38,660 nucleotides of DNA, taken from a virus. Lineage: Duplodnaviria; Caudoviricetes. Shown piece by piece: positions 34,833 to 38,660 of this stretch; position 1 is the stretch's first letter, and each line of letters begins with the position of its first letter. The translations under genes were made by a program, and so were the position numbers. The stretch covers positions 1-38,660 of the IMG/VR virus record IMGVR_UViG_3300037361_000007. One strand, given 5' to 3'. Under the pieces are notes generated by a model. That model was not told where the DNA came from. It did not search any database and worked only from the letters and a program-made list of their open reading frames with translations.

Positions 34833-34860
34833 TTGACAAATGCCTAGAATGACCGATAAT
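34833..34860 (+). promoter_or_regulatory. sigma70-type promoter
   Basis: TTGACA, 16-bp spacer, GATAAT. Confidence 0.6.
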
Positions 34861-34910
34861 GAGATATGAGATGCGGGCGACGATAGAGCGCCGATCTCAA
34901 GGAGGTTTGT

Positions 34911-35204
34911 ATGTTTAGGAATACTCAGGGCAAGGGATTTCAGATGACCTTTGAGAACGGGAATACTATTTCGGTTCAGTGGGGCGCTGGCAATTATTGC
35001 GAGAATGGGAATACCGATATGATGGCCTTTTTTAACACTAAGGCTAGCGATATCGATATTAAGTCCACCGACGCCGAGATCGCTATTTGGGATAAAAACG
35101 GGGCTTGGATAACTAAACGGTTCATTCCCGATCTTTGCGACGATGAAAAAGGATATTTATCAGCCGACGAGGTTCTTGATCTGATGGTCAAAGTCGCTCG
35201 CTAA
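34911..35204 (+). CDS. phage hypothetical protein
   Basis: AAGGAGG SD; GF..TFENG.TISVQ.G..NYC.N...AEIAIW pattern. Confidence 0.8.
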   Translation: MFRNTQGKGFQMTFENGNTISVQWGAGNYCENGNTDMMAFFNTKASDIDIKSTDAEIAIWDKNGAWITKRFIPDLCDDEKGYLSADEVLDLMVKVAR

Positions 35205-35206
35205 AG

Positions 35207-35277
35207 TCGCCCTGATGAGTCTCTGAAAAAGTTGAGACGAAACTAGCGCCCACCATAAGAACGGCGCTAGTCGGCGA
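35207..35277 (+). ncRNA. type I hammerhead ribozyme
   Basis: Stem I TCGCC/GGCGA, core CTGATGA (35212-18), stem II GTCTC/GAGAC, GAAA (35239-42), stem III CTAGCGCC/GGCGCTAG; GUC cleavage site after 35272. Confidence 0.93.
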
Positions 35278-35294
35278 TAAGCCAGGAGGCAATT

Positions 35295-35468
35295 ATGTGC
35301 AATCGGTATGATTCCAAGATGGCGCGGGCGATCATTGCGGAGGCCGATCTTCGGTCTAGCGGTAAGATTCTCTCGGTTCCAATGTTCGATGATTCCCAGG
35401 ATTTCGACAAGATTCTCGACAGGGGCTATAGACACGCGGGCAAGAAGCGTGATAGGGTGTGGGCATAA
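35295..35468 (+). CDS. hypothetical protein (57 aa, MCNRYDSKMA...)
   Basis: AGGAGG SD immediately after the ribozyme. Confidence 0.65.
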   Translation: MCNRYDSKMARAIIAEADLRSSGKILSVPMFDDSQDFDKILDRGYRHAGKKRDRVWA

Positions 35469-35478
35469 GGAGCTAGCA

Positions 35479-35676
35479 GTGGACAAGTACGAAGCCTTGT
35501 TAGAAGCCCAGCATCACTTTTGTGCGATGGCGGTATACGAATACGAACGGCTCGGAATTGACGAGAATCGGTATATAAAAGAGTTCGATATTTCCCAGGC
35601 CGTGTGGTGCACCGATGTTGCCTATGAGCTTGGCAAGATGTTGACAAGTTGGGGGCCGAGATATGAGCCCGGTTGA
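35479..35676 (+). CDS. hypothetical protein
   Basis: AAGGAG SD with GTG start; 3' part of track ORF 35308..35676. Confidence 0.6.
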   Translation: MDKYEALLEAQHHFCAMAVYEYERLGIDENRYIKEFDISQAVWCTDVAYELGKMLTSWGPRYEPG

Positions 35677-35800
35677 TTTGCTACTTCCTGTTTTGTTTGT
35701 GGCCGTACTAGCTAGCATCATGTGGCAACGCGAGCACGACAGGAAATATCACGGGCGGTACTTGAAGAAGTATCACAAGAGCAATAGAAAATAGTTTCAA

Positions 35801-35873
35801 TGGGAGGTAGCGCAACTGGCAGAGTAAGGGCCTTTGAAGCCCTATGTTGCGGGTTCAAGCCCATCCCTCCCAA
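35801..35873 (+). tRNA. tRNA-Gln(TTG), imperfect T and D stems
   Basis: Acceptor TGGGAGG/CCTCCCA; anticodon arm AGGGC-CTTTGAA-GCCCT; GGTTCAAGC. Confidence 0.75.
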
Positions 35874-35877
35874 GATC

Positions 35878-35949
35878 GGGCGTTTCGTCTAGTGGCAAGG
35901 ACGGCGGGTTTTCATCCCGCGAACAGCAGTTCGATTCTGCTAGCGCCTA
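35878..35949 (+). tRNA. tRNA-Glu(TTC)
   Basis: Acceptor GGGCGTT/AGCGCCT; anticodon arm GCGGG-TTTTCAT-CCCGC; T arm AGCAG-TTCGATT-CTGCT. Confidence 0.85.
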
Positions 35950-36139
35950 TCACTCCTCTCGTATGAGAGGGCATATCGCGGGCATGGCCGCAAAAGGATG
36001 GTATCCCCATACCGCACGTGCACGGATATATGCACGGCACACCGGACTCCATGCAAGGGCCGGGGCTAGCTTAGGCTCTTTAGCGGGCAACTAGCGGTAC
36101 CATATATTTGACCCTATCGTTCCCAAAGTGGAACGAAAC

Positions 36140-36213
36140 GGGCTTGTAGCTCACCTGGCTAGAGCGCGACCTTTGCAAGGTTGAGGTAGCCGGTTCGATC
36201 CCGACCAAGTCCA
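36140..36213 (+). tRNA. tRNA-Ala(TGC)
   Basis: Acceptor GGGCTTG/CAAGTCC with G3:U70; anticodon arm CGACC-TTTGCAA-GGTTG; GGTTCGATCC. Confidence 0.9.
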
Positions 36214-36233
36214 TAGATTTTAAGGAGGTTTAT

Positions 36234-36395
36234 ATGATCGTAGTTGTTATCATTCTTGCGTTTGCCTTTTGTATTTTCTGCATTTGCGATTATGCCAATA
36301 AGTTTCACCACGAAGCATGGGTTGCGTGGCTCAAGCGAAACATCATTGATTCCGACCCGTATGACCACGAAGATCATTCGGTTGGTCGCTATTGA
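36234..36395 (+). CDS. small membrane-anchored protein (53 aa)
   Basis: AAGGAGG SD; hydrophobic N-terminus. Confidence 0.6.
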   Translation: MIVVVIILAFAFCIFCICDYANKFHHEAWVAWLKRNIIDSDPYDHEDHSVGRY

Positions 36396-36420
36396 CAGTA
36401 GTTTACACTCGTGCTAGTAT
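36392..36420 (+). promoter_or_regulatory. sigma70-type promoter
   Basis: TTGACA, 17-bp spacer, TAGTAT with a TG extension. Confidence 0.7.
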
Positions 36421-36437
36421 GTCCTCATGGAGGAAGT

Positions 36438-36620
36438 ATGAAGCGTTTTGTTTCTAAAGACGGCACGATACTTGAGCAGGTCAGGGGCTCCCAATGGGTG
36501 AAGCTCTACATGCCCAATGGCACACAAAGGAAAGTTATCGCTCAACTGTCGAGGGATAATGTCGAGACAATTGTTATTTATTCGGCCCAGCCAATAGAGC
36601 AAGTAAGGAAATATAAATGA
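36438..36620 (+). CDS. hypothetical protein
   Basis: GGAGG SD before ATG 36438. Confidence 0.65.
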   Translation: MKRFVSKDGTILEQVRGSQWVKLYMPNGTQRKVIAQLSRDNVETIVIYSAQPIEQVRKYK

Positions 36621-36808
36621 GCGAAGAAGAAAAAGAACTAGCCAAGCGGACTATCGCAGCGCTAGATTTTGAGCGAGCCAGGGAACGCGAAAAGTGTGCG
36701 GATAAGGCAGAAAATTATATTCGCTCTTGCCGAGGCTTAGATTCAAAGACGATGGAACTTCTAGTAAAACGTTTACGCGATGCCATTCTCGATAGTAAGG
36801 AGGAGTAA
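36617..36808 (+). CDS. hypothetical protein
   Basis: ATGA overlap; AAGGA SD. Confidence 0.65.
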   Translation: MSEEEKELAKRTIAALDFERAREREKCADKAENYIRSCRGLDSKTMELLVKRLRDAILDSKEE

Positions 36809-36997
36809 ATGAGGGATATTAAGTCAATCCGTGGTGATATGTTCGCGCATGGTGTACCTTTCGAGCTTGTGCAAGAGCTTGAGGAAGCATCGAAAGACGA
36901 AGGCGCTAAGTGCACGGACTGTGGCGATATTGACCGAGATTGTATCGACATTGCCCGCGCCGCTCTCGTCATACCCGAGAGCAAGGAAACAACATGA
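36809..36997 (+). CDS. hypothetical protein
   Basis: AAGGAGG SD. Confidence 0.65.
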   Translation: MRDIKSIRGDMFAHGVPFELVQELEEASKDEGAKCTDCGDIDRDCIDIARAALVIPESKETT

Positions 36998-37296
36998 CCG
37001 TAACAATCAACTACCGTGGTCTTGAGCTTATCGTAGATGGTACCTATCACAAGGCAACGCGGGATGTTCCATATTTGAGGAATGGTGATCCTGGGTACCC
37101 CGGCGACCCGGCGGAGTTTGAAATTGGGTCGGTGAAGCTTGGCGAGGTTGATATGATTGATTTTTTCGACGGGTTATTTGAGGAATGGGGCGGCGTGAAG
37201 AGAACCTACACAGAGCCTACTCTCAATATTATCGAGTCTCTTTGCATTGAGCAAGCCGAGGATAAAGACAATGAGAGGTGCGACGATGACGTATGA
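36994..37296 (+). CDS. hypothetical protein
   Basis: ATGA overlap; GDPGYPG.PAEFEI motif. Confidence 0.7.
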   Translation: MTVTINYRGLELIVDGTYHKATRDVPYLRNGDPGYPGDPAEFEIGSVKLGEVDMIDFFDGLFEEWGGVKRTYTEPTLNIIESLCIEQAEDKDNERCDDDV

Positions 37297-37463
37297 CGAG
37301 CTTGAATATCTGCGAGATTACGACGACGAAGAGGCGCATCGAAAGATCAAGGAATGGATGGAGACGGGGTGAGGCCGTTCGATCTCGTAGGTAGTATCGC
37401 TATGGCATCAATGGCGGGACTACTTTTATTTGTTTCAATCATTCTTTCAATTAGGAGTAAAAA

Positions 37464-37958
37464 GTGAAAAAGTTTACATTCTGTTTTATCGTTATTGTCT
37501 TTGCGCTGATTGGCACTTCTTCAACATTGTACAAGCCCCCTAGCGCCCCCGATCCCATGTCTATCCGCGACCCATGCGTAAACTGGTCGATCTATCAGAT
37601 GGCCGAGGAGGCTACGGGCGTCCCGGCTGTTATCATTAAAGGGATTGCATGGGCCGAGAGTGAAGAGAAGGACGGTATAAAGCATCGCGATCCACTGGAT
37701 AAGGAGCGCTTCGGCATTCGCGAGAAGCCTTCCTACCATACCGAGAGAGTTAAAAAGTATGGAAGTTATAATTACAAAAACCCACACGATACCGCCTACC
37801 TTACCGCCCGTATTTTCCGAGACAATTACAATAGGCTGAAATCAATTGATGCCGCAATAGCCGCGCATAATCAGGGAGTGGATGGAGTACGGAATCACGG
37901 TATTGATTATAACTACGTAGCCCGCGTCAAGAAGGGGATGTTCCGTGGAAAAATGTAA
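37464..37958 (+). CDS. SLT-family lytic transglycosylase-like protein with N-terminal signal/anchor
   Basis: GVP..II.GIAWAES (catalytic Glu), AIAAHNQG, YV.RV; hydrophobic N-terminus. Confidence 0.75.
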   Translation: MKKFTFCFIVIVFALIGTSSTLYKPPSAPDPMSIRDPCVNWSIYQMAEEATGVPAVIIKGIAWAESEEKDGIKHRDPLDKERFGIREKPSYHTERVKKYGSYNYKNPHDTAYLTARIFRDNYNRLKSIDAAIAAHNQGVDGVRNHGIDYNYVARVKKGMFRGKM

Positions 37959-38112
37959 ATGGGTATGGAATAAAAGATCGGAAGTTTACGACACGGCTTG
38001 CGGGAACCGATGGGTGCCGTTAGAAACGCAAGGGGCATTGAAGATAGAGGAAATAAATTATTGCGGTTTTTGTGGAAAACCTATTGACGTTGAACAAGCG
38101 AGATTGGTATAG
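37945..38112 (+). CDS. small Zn-ribbon protein (55 aa)
   Basis: C.W...T.CG...YCGFCGKPI. Confidence 0.6.
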   Translation: MEKCKWVWNKRSEVYDTACGNRWVPLETQGALKIEEINYCGFCGKPIDVEQARLV

Positions 38113-38139
38113 TAAGACAAGGTTAATCAAGGAGGGCAG

Positions 38140-38301
38140 GTGAATATCAATAGTTGTATGGGCAATCCGAAAGACCGGGCACAGTGCGAGAAGTGCATGA
38201 GGCTTCCGCGCAACGTGCCGGATGAGAACGATGCGACCAAGTGGCTCGACTGGAAGAAAATGTCGGTGCCGTGCAAGGAGTGCGTGGAGGCGAAAGAGTG
38301 A
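38140..38301 (+). CDS. small Cys-rich protein (53 aa)
   Basis: AAGGAGG SD with GTG start; CEKC...CKEC. Confidence 0.55.
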   Translation: MNINSCMGNPKDRAQCEKCMRLPRNVPDENDATKWLDWKKMSVPCKECVEAKE

Positions 38302-38507
38302 ATAAGGAAGACTGGGTACGAGTAAGCGATAAGGCTATGGTGCGCAAGACTAGCATCTATTTGATGGGTTGGTCTAAGCGCGATGAAGATTGGTTCGTGC
38401 GCCTTGAGTTTCTTGATGGTTCGGACGGTGGTTGCCCAAACTATATCAATGTAACGCATGGATACGAAGGCCCGTTTATTTCGATTCTTGGGCCTAGGCC
38501 GGATTGA
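38298..38507 (+). CDS. hypothetical protein
   Basis: GGAGG SD; GTGA overlap. Confidence 0.55.
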   Translation: MNKEDWVRVSDKAMVRKTSIYLMGWSKRDEDWFVRLEFLDGSDGGCPNYINVTHGYEGPFISILGPRPD

Positions 38508-38521
38508 TTTACTTTTAGTTT

Positions 38522-38648
38522 GGTTGGGCAGGCGGGGCGGGGCAAGGCTAGGCGGGGCCCGGCTAGGCGGGGCGTGGCGGGGCGAGGCTGGCAGGCGGGG
38601 CGGGGCGAGGCCGGGCGGGGCATGGCGGGGCGAGGTTGGCAGGCGAGG
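38522..38648 (+). repeat. degenerate GGCNN pentamer tandem array
   Basis: GGCGG-GGCAA-GGCTA-GGCGG-GGCCC-GGCTA-..., punctuated by GGCA tetramers. Confidence 0.9.
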
Positions 38649-38660
38649 AATTTTAATTCA

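Noticed and set aside
35950-36000. Theta (HDV-like) ribozyme at the tRNA-Glu 3' end, suggested by TCCTCTCG
   Set aside because: I could not build the P1/P2 double pseudoknot; a simple CCTCTC/GAGAGG hairpin explains the sequence.
35834-36377. ORFs 35834..36094 (+) and 36159..36377 (-)
   Set aside because: They overlap tRNA genes and have no SD.
668-38459. Remaining minus-strand and nested alternative-frame ORFs in the track
   Set aside because: They overlap better-supported plus-strand genes and lack SD sequences or motifs.
38441-38623. Minus-strand Pro/Arg-rich ORF
   Set aside because: It is simply the translation of the GGCNN repeat.
1-38660. Genome-wide TAG reassignment
   Set aside because: Long conserved genes have no internal TAG, dnaB and others end naturally at TAG, and no CUA-anticodon tRNA is seen.

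Overview
A 38.7 kb, almost entirely plus-strand segment of a tailed dsDNA phage or prophage genome. It covers the non-structural genes: a recombination module (Sak4-like ATPase, PD-(D/E)XK nuclease, NinB-like, HNH, MazG, SSB-like), an SNF2-like helicase fused to a DNA methyltransferase, three antirepressor-type genes, a replication module (initiator, DnaC-like loader, DnaB), ThyX-like and NinG genes, a sigma factor, a thioredoxin, an SLT enzyme, tRNAs and many small hypothetical genes. No portal, capsid, tail or integrase gene is recognisable. The main points of interest are: (1) a cassette between the small and large terminase genes, made of ParB/Srx, an ABC-ATPase-GNAT fusion and a lone antisense, probably leaderless ASCH gene, which may be a nucleobase-acylation writer with an eraser or reader; (2) two intergenic hammerhead ribozymes, one canonical type I and one type II with a variant core; (3) a repeated non-sigma70 promoter/operator motif, two copies of which lead into structured leaders that share a 7-nt kissing-loop/terminator architecture without sharing sequence; (4) unassigned structured RNAs beside the tRNAs, genes interrupted by an amber codon or a G9 tract, and a GGCNN repeat array. 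All calls come from manual motif reading and hand folding. No database search or folding program was run.
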